From: Candidatus Multivoradales bacterium
GTDB taxonomy: Bacteria; Acidobacteriota; Thermoanaerobaculia; Multivoradales; J023
Direction of reading: 5' to 3'
Assembly (NCBI GenBank): GCA_965248925.1
Contig: CBDFLE010000006.1
Location: 3,077,953-3,141,952, forward strand
DNA: 64,000 bases
Shown: piece after piece, positions 46,761 to 57,066 of the stretch
Layout: each line of letters starts with the position of its first letter
Position numbering within the stretch: the first letter of the stretch is position 1
Translations under genes and position numbers: made by a program
The notes under the pieces: model-generated
The model's input: only the letters and a program-made list of their open reading frames with translations
The model's database searches: none
Told to the model about the DNA's origin: nothing

Positions 46761-48696
46761 GGGAGCCTTGCTCGGCGAGCTCGTTGAGCTGCTCTTCGAG
46801 GGTCTCCCACTCCTTCATCAGCTCCTCGATGCGGCCGGCGAGATTTTTCTGCTCGGCCTCGAGGCGGCGGGTTTCTGGGGCGGGCGTCTTGTCAAAGAAG
46901 CCCGGATTGCAGAACAGCTCGTTGATTTCGCCGACGCGGCTCTCGGCCCGCTCGATCTCAGCGGTCGCCTGGTCGCGTTGCCGGGCCAGCTTGCGCTGTT
47001 CTTTCTGCAGCTGCTGGTCGTCGACCGGAGTGCGGCCTGCGCGGGCCCCTGCTTTGGCGCGGCGCTTGTCGCGCTTGGCTTTCAAGACCACTTTTTCGGC
47101 ATCGAGGTGGTCGTCGCCACAGCGTTCGACGTATTCGTCGTAGGTGCCGTGGAAGTCTTGCAGGCCGTCGGCCGAAATCTCGATGATGCGTTCGGCGAGT
47201 TGGGAGACGAACCAGCGGTCGTGGGAGACCAGCAGCAGAGTGCCTTCGAACTCGCGCAGCGCCTTGACCAATGCTTCAATGGCTTCGAGATCGAGATGGT
47301 TGGTCGGTTCGTCGAGCACCAGCACGTTGGGCTGCTGCACGCCAAGGCGAGCGAAGATCAACCGCGCCGACTCACCCCCTGAAACACTGCCCACCTTCTT
47401 TTCCACTTCGTCGCCCGAGAACAGCACCAAGCCGAGCCGGCCGCGGACGAAGCCGATCGGTTGCTCGGCGCAGCATTCCCACAGCCAGCTCTCGACGGTG
47501 GCTTTCTGGCCCTCGAAGATCTCCTTGTGGTCTTGGGCGAAGTAGCCGGGGTGTGCTTCGTAGCCCCATTCCGCGGTGCCGGAGTCGGCCTCGACCTCGC
47601 CCACGGCGATCTTTAGCAAGGTCGACTTGCCGATGCCGTTGGGGCCGATGATGGCGAGCCGGTCTCCCCGATCGACCCGCAGCGAGACGTTTGTCAGCAC
47701 CTGATTGTCGCCATAGGACTTGGAGACCCGGTCGATCTCGAGTGCCACCTTGCCGCTCGGTCGGCATTGCTGAAAGCGAAAGGTGGGATAGCGGCGCGAA
47801 CTCTGCGGCAGTACGTCGATTTTGATGCGTTCCATCTGCTTCATCTTGCTTTGGGCCTGGCGCGCCTTGGTGGCTTTGGCCTTGAAGCGGTCGATGAAGG
47901 CTTTGTGCTCGGCGATGCGCCGTTCCCGCTTCTTGATCTCGGCTTCCTTGCGTTCGCGCTCGGTGCTCTTGGCGCGCAAGAACGCCTGATAGTTGCCGGG
48001 ATAGAGGTGGATGGTCTGGTAATCGACGTCGAGGATGTGGGTGCAGACGTTGTCGAGGAAGCGGTGGTCGTGAGAGATCACCACCGCGGTGCCGGTGTAG
48101 TCGACCAAGAACTTCTCCAACCAGCGAATCGACAGAATGTCGAGGTGGTTGGTGGGTTCGTCGAGCATTAGGCAGTCCGGCACCGCCGCCAGCACCTTGG
48201 CCAGCAGCACCCGTAGCTTGAAACCACCGGACAGGGTCGACAGCGGCTCGCGATGCTGCTCGGAGGGAATCCCCAGACCCTCAAGAATGCCGCCGGCGCG
48301 GGCTTCCATGGTGTAGCCGTCGCGCTGCAGGATGAGATCTTCGAGTTCGGCGTAGCGTTCGCCGTCGAAACTCTCATCGGCGTTGGCCAGCAGCTCTTCT
48401 TTTTCCGTCATCGCCGCCCACAACTCGGCGTCGCCCATCATCACCACGTCGAGAATAGGATGCTCCTCGTAGGCGAAGTGATCCTGCTCCAGCACCCCGA
48501 GCCGGAGGCGCTTAGGAATCGATAAGGAGCCATCGCTGGCCCGCTCTTCGCCGGTGAGAATGCGTAGAAAAGTCGATTTTCCGGAGCCGTTGGCGCCCAC
48601 CAGACCATAGCGGTTGCCTGGATTGAGCTGGAACGAGACATCCTCGAAGAGGGTTTGCTGGCCGAATGCTTTGCTGAGGTTTGAAACCGAAATCAT
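46750..48696 (-). CDS. ABC-F family ATPase (two ABC domains, coiled-coil C-terminus)
   Basis: Walker A GANGSGKST and GPNGIGKST. Signatures LSGGFKLR and VSGGESAR. No TM domain. Confidence 0.95.
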   Translation of the reverse strand: MISVSNLSKAFGQQTLFEDVSFQLNPGNRYGLVGANGSGKSTFLRILTGEERASDGSLSIPKRLRLGVLEQDHFAYEEHPILDVVMMGDAELWAAMTEKEELLANADESFDGERYAELEDLILQRDGYTMEARAGGILEGLGIPSEQHREPLSTLSGGFKLRVLLAKVLAAVPDCLMLDEPTNHLDILSIRWLEKFLVDYTGTAVVISHDHRFLDNVCTHILDVDYQTIHLYPGNYQAFLRAKSTERERKEAEIKKRERRIAEHKAFIDRFKAKATKARQAQSKMKQMERIKIDVLPQSSRRYPTFRFQQCRPSGKVALEIDRVSKSYGDNQVLTNVSLRVDRGDRLAIIGPNGIGKSTLLKIAVGEVEADSGTAEWGYEAHPGYFAQDHKEIFEGQKATVESWLWECCAEQPIGFVRGRLGLVLFSGDEVEKKVGSVSGGESARLIFARLGVQQPNVLVLDEPTNHLDLEAIEALVKALREFEGTLLLVSHDRWFVSQLAERIIEISADGLQDFHGTYDEYVERCGDDHLDAEKVVLKAKRDKRRAKAGARAGRTPVDDQQLQKEQRKLARQRDQATAEIERAESRVGEINELFCNPGFFDKTPAPETRRLEAEQKNLAGRIEELMKEWETLEEQLNELAEQGSHAV

Positions 48697-48881
48697 GACC
48701 GCGACAGGATATCAACCATGCTTGCCACGCGCGTAGTCTTGGCACGATTTGTCTACAGTCGCTGCTGACCCGGACGCCGGGCTAGAGTAGCCGGCACCGA
48801 ATATGCACCAGCAACTCTGCTATTGCCCTTCCGTTAGCCACCCGCAGCAGTCCGTCGAGGCCGACCGCCGACCCATTTGCC

Positions 48882-51299
48882 ATGCCTAGCCCGCGAAAAC
48901 CAGCCGCCAGACGCTCTCGCAAGTCGCCCCCTCGAATCAAACCGAGGTCGCGTCGACGCCGTCGTTGGCGGTGGTTGTTGCTGGCCGCTGGCTTGCTGTT
49001 GGTTGCCGGTGCCTGGCTGGTGTGGCCGTTTTGGCAGCTGGCCGGCCAGTTCGGTGCGGTGCCCTCGAAGCAACCTTCGCGGCTCTACGGTCGGCCGTTG
49101 GAGTTGGTCAGCGGTGAGATATTGGCCAAAGAGCGACTGATTGAAGCCTTGGAAGAGCGCCACTATCGCCGCGTCGGCGATTCGGCTCAGCTGGTTCCCG
49201 GGGCCTTCTGGGCGACTGGTGTGACGGTGGAGGCTTTTCGTCGCCGCTTTCCGACCATCGATGGGCAGGCCGGAGGCAACCGCTTGCGAGCGCGCTACGA
49301 GGGCTCGCGGATCGCCACCTTGGAGGTTGCTGGACAGCCGGTAGCGCGGTCCTTGTTGGACCCTCCCTTGGTGGCGTCGTACTACCACTCGGATTTGCGC
49401 GAGCGCCGGCCGGTGAATGTCGATGAAGTGCCGGAAGATTTGATCTTGTCGGTGCTGGCGATCGAAGACGCAACCTTCCTCGAACATTCCGGCGTTTCCT
49501 TGACCGGTATCGGCCGCGCCCTGTGGGTCAACCTGCGGGCTCAGGAGGTGCGCCAAGGCGGCAGCACCTTGACCCAGCAGCTGGTCAAGAACATCTTCCT
49601 CACCCACGACCGCAAGTTCATTCGCAAGCTGCAAGAGGCCTTGCTGGCGGTGCTCTTGGAAGTACGCTTCGAGAAGCGCGACATCTTGCAGGCTTATCTC
49701 AACGAGATCTACTGGGGACGTTCCGGGCACGTTAACTTGATGGGCGTTGGCGCCGCGTCCTGGGCCTATTTCGGCAAACAGCCGGTTGAGCTGAGCCTGG
49801 ATGAAGCGGCTTTGCTGGCCGGTATGATCCAGGCACCGGCCAAGTACCATCCCCTACGCCACCCGCAGGCGGCGCGAGCCCGGCGCGACGAGGTTCTGGG
49901 GCGCTTGGCGAAGCTGCGCTGGATCACCCGCGAGCGCCTGGATGCTGCCGTCGCCCGGCCGATCGCGGTGCTGAAGATCCCCCTTGCAACACGCCGCGCA
50001 CCCTACTTTGCCGATGCCATGATCGCCGAGGCCAAGCGTCGTTTCGGGGTGACCGAACTCCGCGACGGCGGCTATGTGCTGCTCTCGACCCTCGATCTCG
50101 GCGATCAGCGTCGGGCCGAGGAGGCGGTGGGTTGGGGAGTGGCGGCGCTCGAAGAGGGTTGGGAAAAAGGTGCCCAGCGGGATGGGCCGCTGCAAGCAGC
50201 CCTGGTGTCGATCGATCCGGACAGCGGTGCGATCCGCGCCTATGTCGGTGGCCGCGACTATGCCGGCAGTCAGTTCGATCGGGTGTCGCAGGCCCGCCGC
50301 CAAGCGGGCAGCGCCTTCAAACCAATTGTCTATGCCGCCGCCTACGAAGCGCGAGTGGCCAGTCCAGCGAGCTATCTGCACGATTCGCCGCTGACCGTCG
50401 AGTTCGATGGCCGCAGTTGGAGCCCAAGAAACTCCAACAACAAGTACAACGGCTGGATTTCAACCCGCACCGCGCTGGAACGCAGCCTCAACGTGCCCAC
50501 CGCTCGCCTGGCTCTCGACCTTGGCCTGGAGCCGATCATCGACCTCGCCCATGGCCTGGGGATTAGTGCTCATCTCGATCCCTACCCGGCCTTGGCCTTG
50601 GGGGCGATGGAGGTCACTCCGCTGGAGATGGCTCAGGTCTATGCCACGCTGGCGGCGGGTGGCCTGCGGCCGCCAGTGCACGGTTTGCAAGCGATCCATG
50701 ATCGCGATGGCCGCACCCTGGCCGGGGTCGAGCTGCCGCCGCCGCAGCGGGTGCTGAGCGCGGAAGTGACCTTCATCCTCACCCAGGTGCTGGCCGGAGT
50801 ATTCGAGCGCGGCACCGCCATCAGTGCCCGGCGCCAGGGTCTCGAAGGGCCGCTGGCCGGCAAGACGGGAACCACCAACGACCGCCGCGACAGCTGGTTC
50901 GGCGGTTACTCACCGCGCCGCGCCACCCTGGTGTGGGTGGGCTATGACGACAATTCCAAGACTCACCTTTCGGGGGCGCGGGCGGCGTTGCCGATCTGGG
51001 CGCGCTTCACCCAGGCAGTGCGACCCGCTGGTGGTTACCCTGCCTTCCAACAGCCGCCGGGGGTGGTGCGCGCCTGGATCGATTCCTCGACCGGCGGCCT
51101 GGCGACCGAACTCTGCACCCAGGTCGAACAGGAGTATTTTCTCGCCGACTTTGCTCCCTCCGCCCTCTGCCCGCTACACAGCCGTTTTCGCCAACGCGGA
51201 TTGGAGCAGCCGCCGGGGGTGCGAGTCGAGCGCCAGCATCCGTTCAAACGTTGGCTGCGGATCGTGCGCAAGAAGGACCGAGGACGCGGTTCTCGCTAG
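48882..51299 (+). CDS. Bifunctional class A penicillin-binding protein (PBP1B-like)
   Basis: N-terminal TM. GT51 motifs EDATFLEHSGV, GGSTLTQQLVKN and RKLQEALLAVLLE. Transpeptidase motifs SAFKP, SLN and KTGTT. Confidence 0.92.
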   Translation: MPSPRKPAARRSRKSPPRIKPRSRRRRRWRWLLLAAGLLLVAGAWLVWPFWQLAGQFGAVPSKQPSRLYGRPLELVSGEILAKERLIEALEERHYRRVGDSAQLVPGAFWATGVTVEAFRRRFPTIDGQAGGNRLRARYEGSRIATLEVAGQPVARSLLDPPLVASYYHSDLRERRPVNVDEVPEDLILSVLAIEDATFLEHSGVSLTGIGRALWVNLRAQEVRQGGSTLTQQLVKNIFLTHDRKFIRKLQEALLAVLLEVRFEKRDILQAYLNEIYWGRSGHVNLMGVGAASWAYFGKQPVELSLDEAALLAGMIQAPAKYHPLRHPQAARARRDEVLGRLAKLRWITRERLDAAVARPIAVLKIPLATRRAPYFADAMIAEAKRRFGVTELRDGGYVLLSTLDLGDQRRAEEAVGWGVAALEEGWEKGAQRDGPLQAALVSIDPDSGAIRAYVGGRDYAGSQFDRVSQARRQAGSAFKPIVYAAAYEARVASPASYLHDSPLTVEFDGRSWSPRNSNNKYNGWISTRTALERSLNVPTARLALDLGLEPIIDLAHGLGISAHLDPYPALALGAMEVTPLEMAQVYATLAAGGLRPPVHGLQAIHDRDGRTLAGVELPPPQRVLSAEVTFILTQVLAGVFERGTAISARRQGLEGPLAGKTGTTNDRRDSWFGGYSPRRATLVWVGYDDNSKTHLSGARAALPIWARFTQAVRPAGGYPAFQQPPGVVRAWIDSSTGGLATELCTQVEQEYFLADFAPSALCPLHSRFRQRGLEQPPGVRVERQHPFKRWLRIVRKKDRGRGSR

Positions 51300-51363
51300 C
51301 CCCTGTCGTGGTACGGTGAAAGTACCCAGGTGGCTATTTCGGTCACTGCCAGGGAGCCCGCAG

Positions 51364-53058
51364 ATGACCACATCCACTGACAAAATGCGTGTCAAAGAGC
51401 GCCTTAGATTGTGCGTCACGCCGGCCCAGGGCGATGTGTTCGACCATCCGTTGGACGATGTTCCCTTGTTGCTAGGGCGGGCCTCGGGGGCGCGCTTGAA
51501 TCTCGGTGATGATCGTCTGGCGGCTGAGCACAGCCGGATCTTCCGGCGTGATGGCGGGCTGTGGATCGAAGACTTGGGCTCGGCGCCGAGAACCCTGCTC
51601 AACGGCAATTCTCTACATGCCGCGCAGCCCTTACGCGAGGGCGATGTGGTGCAGCTCGGTGGCAGTCGGCTGACGGTCGAGAAGATGCTCTCACCGCTGC
51701 TTGGCGGGCCGGGCAGGGTCGGCCTCGACACGCCACTGTTTCGCAGCGCAACCCAGTTGCTCCGTGATCATAGCGACGGTGCCCACCCGGCCGACCCCAC
51801 CGCCCTCGAGCGTCGCGCCGAGCGCTTGCAGGTGCTCAATGAGGTCCACCGAGCCCTCGGTCAGCCGATGGAACATGGGCAGCTTCTGGAGCTGATTCTC
51901 GACAGTGTTTTCACCCATCTGGTGCCGGAGCAAGGGGCCATCTTTCTGCGCCAAGCCGATGGTGAGCATCAGGTGGCGGCGATGCGTTCGCCCGACAGTG
52001 ACCAGGCGGAGGGGCAGGGCCTCTACTCGCGCAGCTTGCAGCGCGAAGTCAGTGAGAAAGGGATGGCCGCCTTAGTGCTCGATATCGAGCATGATGAGCG
52101 CTTTGCCCTATCGCAGAGTATTCAGTCGATCGGCATACGCTCATTGGTCGCGGCGCCGTTGCTCGGCCCCAAGGGCTCGTTGGGGATGATCGTGCTGAGT
52201 TCCAAGGCTGCCGAGCGCCAGTTCACCGAGGGTGACATGGAGCTGCTGGTGTCCTTGGCGGCGGTGGCGGCGCTGTCGATTCGCAATGTCGAGTTGGCCG
52301 AAGAGTTGGTCGAGAGGCGGCGCATCGACAAAGAGCTGACCCTGGCGCGGCGTATTCAGGTGGCGTTGCTCCCCAAGCTGCTGCCGCAGCCCGAGGGTTG
52401 GCAGTTGCACGCTGGCAACGTGCCTTCGCGGGCTGTGTCGGGGGACTACTACTTGGCGGTCGAGCGCGACGCTGGCCGCCAATGCGTGTTGATGGTGGCG
52501 GATGTGTCGGGCAAGGGAATTGCCGCCGCTCTGCTGACCGCGTCGCTCGAAGCCCTGGCCGCCGGCCCAATCGAGGACGGCAAGTCGGCGGAAGAAATCT
52601 GCGTCCGTCTGGCCCGCCAGCTCTATGCTCGTACTCCGCCAGAACGCTACGCCACCGCCTTTATAGCGGTGCTTGAGCCGAGCAGCGGAGTGTTGCGTTG
52701 GGCCAACGCTGGCCATGTGCCGCCCCTGCTGCTGCATCCCTCCGGCGATTCCGAGCGCCTAATGCCCACCGGCCCGCCCCTGGGTTTGGTCGCGGGCGCC
52801 AAATACCGCTCAGGTGAGTCGCGGCTGGCGGCTGGAGACTTCTTGATGATGTTCACCGATGGCATCACCGAGACCGCCGATGCTGAAGATCGTGACTACG
52901 GCAGCCGCCGCCTAGCCCGAGTCTGTTGGCGCTACCGCGACCGTTCCCTGAAAACTCTGGCGCACGAGGTCGAACGCGATCTGGCGCGCTTCGCCGCTGC
53001 CGCCGAAGACTCTGGTGGTGACGATCGCACCTTCGTCATGCTGCGCCGTAACTGCTGA
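51364..53058 (+). CDS. FHA-GAF-PP2C (SpoIIE-type) phosphatase
   Basis: FHA: LLLGRASGARLNLGDDRLAAEHSRIFRRDGGLWIEDLGSAPRTLLNG. A central GAF-like region. PP2C: ARRIQVALLP, SGDYY, MVADVSGKGIAAAL and FTDGITE. ATG 51364 chosen; the upstream ORF part overlaps the PBP gene. Confidence 0.85.
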   Translation: MTTSTDKMRVKERLRLCVTPAQGDVFDHPLDDVPLLLGRASGARLNLGDDRLAAEHSRIFRRDGGLWIEDLGSAPRTLLNGNSLHAAQPLREGDVVQLGGSRLTVEKMLSPLLGGPGRVGLDTPLFRSATQLLRDHSDGAHPADPTALERRAERLQVLNEVHRALGQPMEHGQLLELILDSVFTHLVPEQGAIFLRQADGEHQVAAMRSPDSDQAEGQGLYSRSLQREVSEKGMAALVLDIEHDERFALSQSIQSIGIRSLVAAPLLGPKGSLGMIVLSSKAAERQFTEGDMELLVSLAAVAALSIRNVELAEELVERRRIDKELTLARRIQVALLPKLLPQPEGWQLHAGNVPSRAVSGDYYLAVERDAGRQCVLMVADVSGKGIAAALLTASLEALAAGPIEDGKSAEEICVRLARQLYARTPPERYATAFIAVLEPSSGVLRWANAGHVPPLLLHPSGDSERLMPTGPPLGLVAGAKYRSGESRLAAGDFLMMFTDGITETADAEDRDYGSRRLARVCWRYRDRSLKTLAHEVERDLARFAAAAEDSGGDDRTFVMLRRNC

Positions 53059-53071
53059 GCCTGCGCCCTTC

Positions 53072-55873
53072 ATGTCACATCGGACCGCCATCGAGGTGCG
53101 TGGGGCGCGGACTCACAATCTCAAGAATATTGACTGTGAGATTCCCCACCGGCGGCTGACGGTGGTCACCGGCCCGTCGGGAGCCGGCAAGTCGTCCTTG
53201 GCCTTTGACACGATCTATGCCGAGGCCCAGCGACGATATGTCGAATCGGTGTCGACCTACGCTCGCCAATTCCTCGATCAGATGGAGAGGCCGCCGGTGG
53301 ATTCGGTCGTCGGGATCATGCCGGCGGTGGCCCTCGAAGCCAAGAACTCGGTGCGCAACGCGCGCTCAACGGTGGGCACCCTGACCGAGGTCCACGACGT
53401 GCTGCGCTTGCTCTTCACTCACCTCGGCCGGGTGGAATGCCCGCGCGGTCACGGCGCGGTGGCCAGCCACACGTCGCAGCAGGTCGCCGAGGAACTCGCC
53501 GCCGGTGTGGTGGGTGATCGCTTCATGTTGCTCGCCGCCATTGAGCGACCGGTGCCGAAGGCCGATCTCAAATTGCGCGAATTGGTTCGCCAGGGTTTTT
53601 TTCGTCGTTTGGGTGACGCCGGCCAGATCGTGCGGATGAAGCCCAGCGAGCGGTGGAAGAAGGCTCTCGATCCGCTGTTGCTGGTGCTGGGGCGGTTCCG
53701 TGCCGACGGCCAGAGCGGAGCTCGCTTGGCGGCGGCGGTGGAGGAGATCTACCGCCTGACCGGTGGCAAGCTGCGGGCGTTGGGCGAGGATGGCGAGCTG
53801 CGTTACTTCGGTCGCCGGCTGAGCTGTGGCAAGTGTGGCGAGAGCCTGGAGCGACCCACCCCGGCGCTGTTCTCCTTCAACTCCCCCCTCGGCGCCTGTG
53901 CCGAGTGCCAGGGCTTTGGTCGGGTGATGGGGATCGATCCCGAACGGGTGATTCCCGATCCCTCTCGCACCTTGGCGGAGCGGCCGATAGCGCCCTGGGA
54001 TTCGCCGTCTTTCGAAGATCGCTACGAGCGTCTCTACACGGCTTGTAGCGAGCGCGGTGTGCCTTTGGATGTGCCCTACTCGCAACTCAGCGAGGCGACC
54101 CGGCGCTGGATCTGGAGCGGCAGCGGACCGTTTACCAATCTGGACAAGTTCTTCGCCTGGCTTGAGCGTCGGATTTACAAGATGCATGTGCGGGTCATGC
54201 TGTCGCGCTATCGTGCCTACGACACCTGTCCCAGCTGCGCCGGCCGGCGTTTGCAGCCGGCGGCGTTGGCGGTGCGGTGGATGGGTGCGACCTTGCCGTG
54301 GCTGACCGCCCTGAGTGTCAAGGATCTGGGTGGTTGGCTCGCCGAGCAGCGCTTCAGCCGGGCGCAGCCGGCGGCCGCCGGGCATCTGCTGGAGAGCCTC
54401 ACCGAACGCCTCGAGACCCTGCGCCGGGTGGGTCTCGACTATCTCACCCTTGATCGCCAAGCTCGCACTCTCTCGGGTGGCGAGACCCAGCGAATCCAGT
54501 TAGCGGCGGCGTTGGGCTCGGGCCTGACCAGCACTCTCTACGTGCTCGACGAGCCCACTATCGGCCTCCATCCCCGCGATTCGAGCCGCCTGCTAGAGCT
54601 GCTGCGCGATCTGTCGCGACGGGGCAATACGGTGCTGGTGGTAGAACACGACCGCACCTTGATCACCGGTGCCGACCATGTCATCGATCTCGGCCCCAGA
54701 GCTGGTGAGCACGGTGGCCAGGTGGTTGCCGCCGGCACGGTGAAGGAGATCCGCCAGGCCGACTCCTTGACTGGCGAGTGGTTGCGGCAGCGAGCGCCGG
54801 GACCGAAACGCAGTGCCAGCCAAATCGAGCGCGATGCGCGGTTGGCTGAGCTACCGCGGCTGGAGATTCGCGGTGCTTCGGCCAACAACCTGCGGAACAT
54901 CGATGTCGAGCTGCCGCTGGGGGCCTTGGTGGTGGTCACCGGGGTCTCGGGATCGGGCAAGTCGACCCTGGTCGAGAACGTCTTGCACGGCACCTACCAG
55001 CGGTCTCGCGGGGTCGTCGATGTTGACCCCGGCGCCTGCCGCGAGTTGCTCGGACTCGATGAACTGGCCGATGTCACCCTGGTCGATCAGCGACCCTTGG
55101 GCCGCTCCAGCCGCTCCAACCCGGTGACCTACATCAAGGCCTACGACGTCATTCGCAAGCTCTACGCCGACACCGCGGTGGCGCGCCAGCGGGGCATCCA
55201 ACCGGGGGATTTTTCCTTCAACCTCGATCGCGGGCGTTGCACCGAGTGTCAGGGCACTGGAGTCACCGAGGTCGACATGCAATTCATGGCGCCGGTGACG
55301 GTGGTTTGCGACAGCTGCCAGGGTCGCCGCTTCCAGGCCCACATTCTTACGGTCACCTTCCAAGGCCGCAATATCCACGAGACCCTGGAGCTGACCGTCG
55401 AACGTGCGCTCGAGGAATTTGCCGGCGAGCGCCGCTTGTGCCGGCGCCTGGAATCGCTGCGTGCCGTTGGCCTGGGCTACCTACGCCTGGGTCAGCCGAC
55501 CTCCACCCTGTCGGGAGGCGAAGCACAGCGACTCAAGTTGGCCAGTTTCTTAGACCGGCCGAAGAAAGGCAGCCGTAGATTGTTCTTATTTGACGAGCCC
55601 ACTACCGGCCTGCACGTTTCCGACATCGAGCTGCTGACCTCGACCTTGCGCCAGCTGGTCGACCGGGGTGACGGGGTGGTGGTGGTCGAGCACTCCACCG
55701 ACCTGATGGCCCGCGCCGACTGGATCGTCGACCTCGGCCCCGGCGGCGGCCCCGGCGGCGGCGAGCTGCTCTATTCCGGCCCGATCATCCCCTTCCTCGA
55801 CCGCGTCGAGAGCCCCACCGCCGAAGAGCTAAGGCGGCATCTGCGCTGGCGGCGGAAGGATGCTGAGGGCTAG
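53072..55873 (+). CDS. uvrA: Excinuclease ABC subunit A (UvrA family)
   Basis: [42 protein letters not shown] and [13 protein letters not shown]. Zn modules CGKCG...CAECQG and CTECQG...CDSCQGRR. Some normally invariant stretches diverge (AVALEAKNS instead of AISIDQK-like). Confidence 0.88.
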   Translation: MSHRTAIEVRGARTHNLKNIDCEIPHRRLTVVTGPSGAGKSSLAFDTIYAEAQRRYVESVSTYARQFLDQMERPPVDSVVGIMPAVALEAKNSVRNARSTVGTLTEVHDVLRLLFTHLGRVECPRGHGAVASHTSQQVAEELAAGVVGDRFMLLAAIERPVPKADLKLRELVRQGFFRRLGDAGQIVRMKPSERWKKALDPLLLVLGRFRADGQSGARLAAAVEEIYRLTGGKLRALGEDGELRYFGRRLSCGKCGESLERPTPALFSFNSPLGACAECQGFGRVMGIDPERVIPDPSRTLAERPIAPWDSPSFEDRYERLYTACSERGVPLDVPYSQLSEATRRWIWSGSGPFTNLDKFFAWLERRIYKMHVRVMLSRYRAYDTCPSCAGRRLQPAALAVRWMGATLPWLTALSVKDLGGWLAEQRFSRAQPAAAGHLLESLTERLETLRRVGLDYLTLDRQARTLSGGETQRIQLAAALGSGLTSTLYVLDEPTIGLHPRDSSRLLELLRDLSRRGNTVLVVEHDRTLITGADHVIDLGPRAGEHGGQVVAAGTVKEIRQADSLTGEWLRQRAPGPKRSASQIERDARLAELPRLEIRGASANNLRNIDVELPLGALVVVTGVSGSGKSTLVENVLHGTYQRSRGVVDVDPGACRELLGLDELADVTLVDQRPLGRSSRSNPVTYIKAYDVIRKLYADTAVARQRGIQPGDFSFNLDRGRCTECQGTGVTEVDMQFMAPVTVVCDSCQGRRFQAHILTVTFQGRNIHETLELTVERALEEFAGERRLCRRLESLRAVGLGYLRLGQPTSTLSGGEAQRLKLASFLDRPKKGSRRLFLFDEPTTGLHVSDIELLTSTLRQLVDRGDGVVVVEHSTDLMARADWIVDLGPGGGPGGGELLYSGPIIPFLDRVESPTAEELRRHLRWRRKDAEG

Positions 55874-55919
55874 TTGATCTTGGTGGTGCCAAGTCAGAGT
55901 TCGGGCCTGTTGCATCTCA

Positions 55920-55931
55920 CCCCGCTCCCTG
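55920..55931. repeat. Direct repeat CCCCGCTCCCTG, left copy flanking the VapBC cassette
   Basis: Exact 12-mer, also present at 56640-56651. Lies 10 nt outside the vapC stop. Confidence 0.5.
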
Positions 55932-55941
55932 GGATTAGTCG

Positions 55942-56364
55942 CTAGCTGTCCGCCGGATAGAGAATCAGCGGTCCATGGCGATGCTGGCCCACAGCGCGGA
56001 AGTCGCGCTGATCAAGGGTAAGAATCTTGCAGGTGTGAAGTCGTTCGGCGACCGTGATTACCGCTGCATCGACGAAGCCCAAGTCCAGGTCTAGGTAGCG
56101 TCTTACGAGTTCGGTACAGCGGTCGATATCGGCAGGGGTCAGGTGATCGAGCGCAAAGGCGCCTGTGGCGAGGCTATCCAGAAAATCTAGGGCCGCCGCT
56201 GTTCCGAGGTACTTGGTCAAGAAATAGTCAACTTCGGACACTACCGGCAATGGAACTACTATCGGGCCTCGATGCGCCTCGATGACGGTCTTGACCCCTT
56301 GGTGATGGCGGTCGCTTGCGTCATAGAGAGCGTAGAGACCGCCGGTGTCAGCGACCAGGGTCAT
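55942..56364 (-). CDS. vapC: PIN-domain VapC toxin
   Basis: MTLVADTGGLYALYDASDRHH...DLGFVDAAVITVAERL...ILTLDQRDF. Confidence 0.85.
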   Translation of the reverse strand: MTLVADTGGLYALYDASDRHHQGVKTVIEAHRGPIVVPLPVVSEVDYFLTKYLGTAAALDFLDSLATGAFALDHLTPADIDRCTELVRRYLDLDLGFVDAAVITVAERLHTCKILTLDQRDFRAVGQHRHGPLILYPADS

Positions 56365-56591
56365 GCACCGGGGCGCTGCCGTTCGGCCAGCAGCTCTTCC
56401 GTGCGTTCAGAGATATCCGGGCGACCACTCCGGTAGGCTCCAATGCCCTTGGCGGAGGGTCGAGTGTGGCGTTGGAGATAGGTACTCAAAGCCTCTCGGA
56501 CCAGCACTGATTGCTTGCGTCCTTGCGAGCGCGCTAGTTCTCTTAGGGACAACAGCATGACCTCGTCGAGGTAGAGCGTCGTTTTAGTCAT
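56361..56591 (-). CDS. vapB: CopG/RHH-type VapB antitoxin
   Basis: MTKTTLYLDEVMLLSLRELARSQGRKQSVLVREALSTYLQR. ATG 56591 chosen. ATGA overlap with vapC. Confidence 0.7.
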   Translation of the reverse strand: MTKTTLYLDEVMLLSLRELARSQGRKQSVLVREALSTYLQRHTRPSAKGIGAYRSGRPDISERTEELLAERQRPGA

Positions 56592-56600
56592 TTCGTGACT

Positions 56601-56616
56601 TTGCCACATGTGGCAA
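56601..56616. promoter_or_regulatory. Perfect 16-bp palindrome TTGCCACATGTGGCAA, 10 nt upstream of vapB
   Basis: Read directly. Candidate VapB operator. Confidence 0.45.
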
Positions 56617-56639
56617 CTCACATCAAATAGCCGGGTTAC

Positions 56640-56651
56640 CCCCGCTCCCTG
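56640..56651. repeat. Direct repeat CCCCGCTCCCTG, right copy flanking the VapBC cassette
   Basis: Exact copy of 55920-55931. Lies 49 nt upstream of the vapB start. Confidence 0.5.
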
Positions 56652-56790
56652 ATACTCGTCACTTGTGATCAGTAGGATAGAGGAGCGGTGACCCGCGACG
56701 ATACGGCTCACTGCGCGGAGATTGCTGGTCTTGCCGTACGAGCCCTTTCCTTCAGGAAAAGCGGTAAGAGTGGCATGGTAACCTCGTTGT

Positions 56791-57066
56791 ATGCGGTTCA
56801 ACTAGGATGGGGAAAAGGCCGCACTAAACCTCGCCAAACACGGCGTGTCTTTCAACGAGGCGGCGTCGGTGTTTGGGGATTTGTTTAGCTGGACCTATTT
56901 CGATCCGGACCACTCAGCATCGGAACAGGGCTGGATCACCATAGGCTCATCCGAGACGCAGCGGGTCCTGGTGGATTCACCCGCTGATCAAGGCGAATGG
57001 AAGGTTCGGATCTTCAGCGCGCGACGAGCGACGAGGAAGGAACGTCGAATCTATGAAGAAGGCTAA
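56791..57066 (+). pseudogene. brnT: BrnT-family (DUF497) toxin with an in-frame TAG at codon 5
   Basis: ATG CGG TTC AAC TAG GAT GGG GAA AAG GCC GCA CTA AAC CTC GCC AAA CAC GGC GTG TCT TTC translates to MRFN*DGEKAALNLAKHGVSFNEAASVFGD...RIFSARRATRKERRIYEE. The BrnT consensus has W at this position (..F.WD..KA..N..KHG(V/I)sF.EA). The stop is at 56803-56805. Confidence 0.6.

Noticed and set aside
50824-51363. N-terminal 180 codons of the 744-aa ORF 50824-53058.
   Set aside because: It overlaps the PBP 3' end out of frame. The FHA domain begins right after ATG 51364, which follows the PBP stop.
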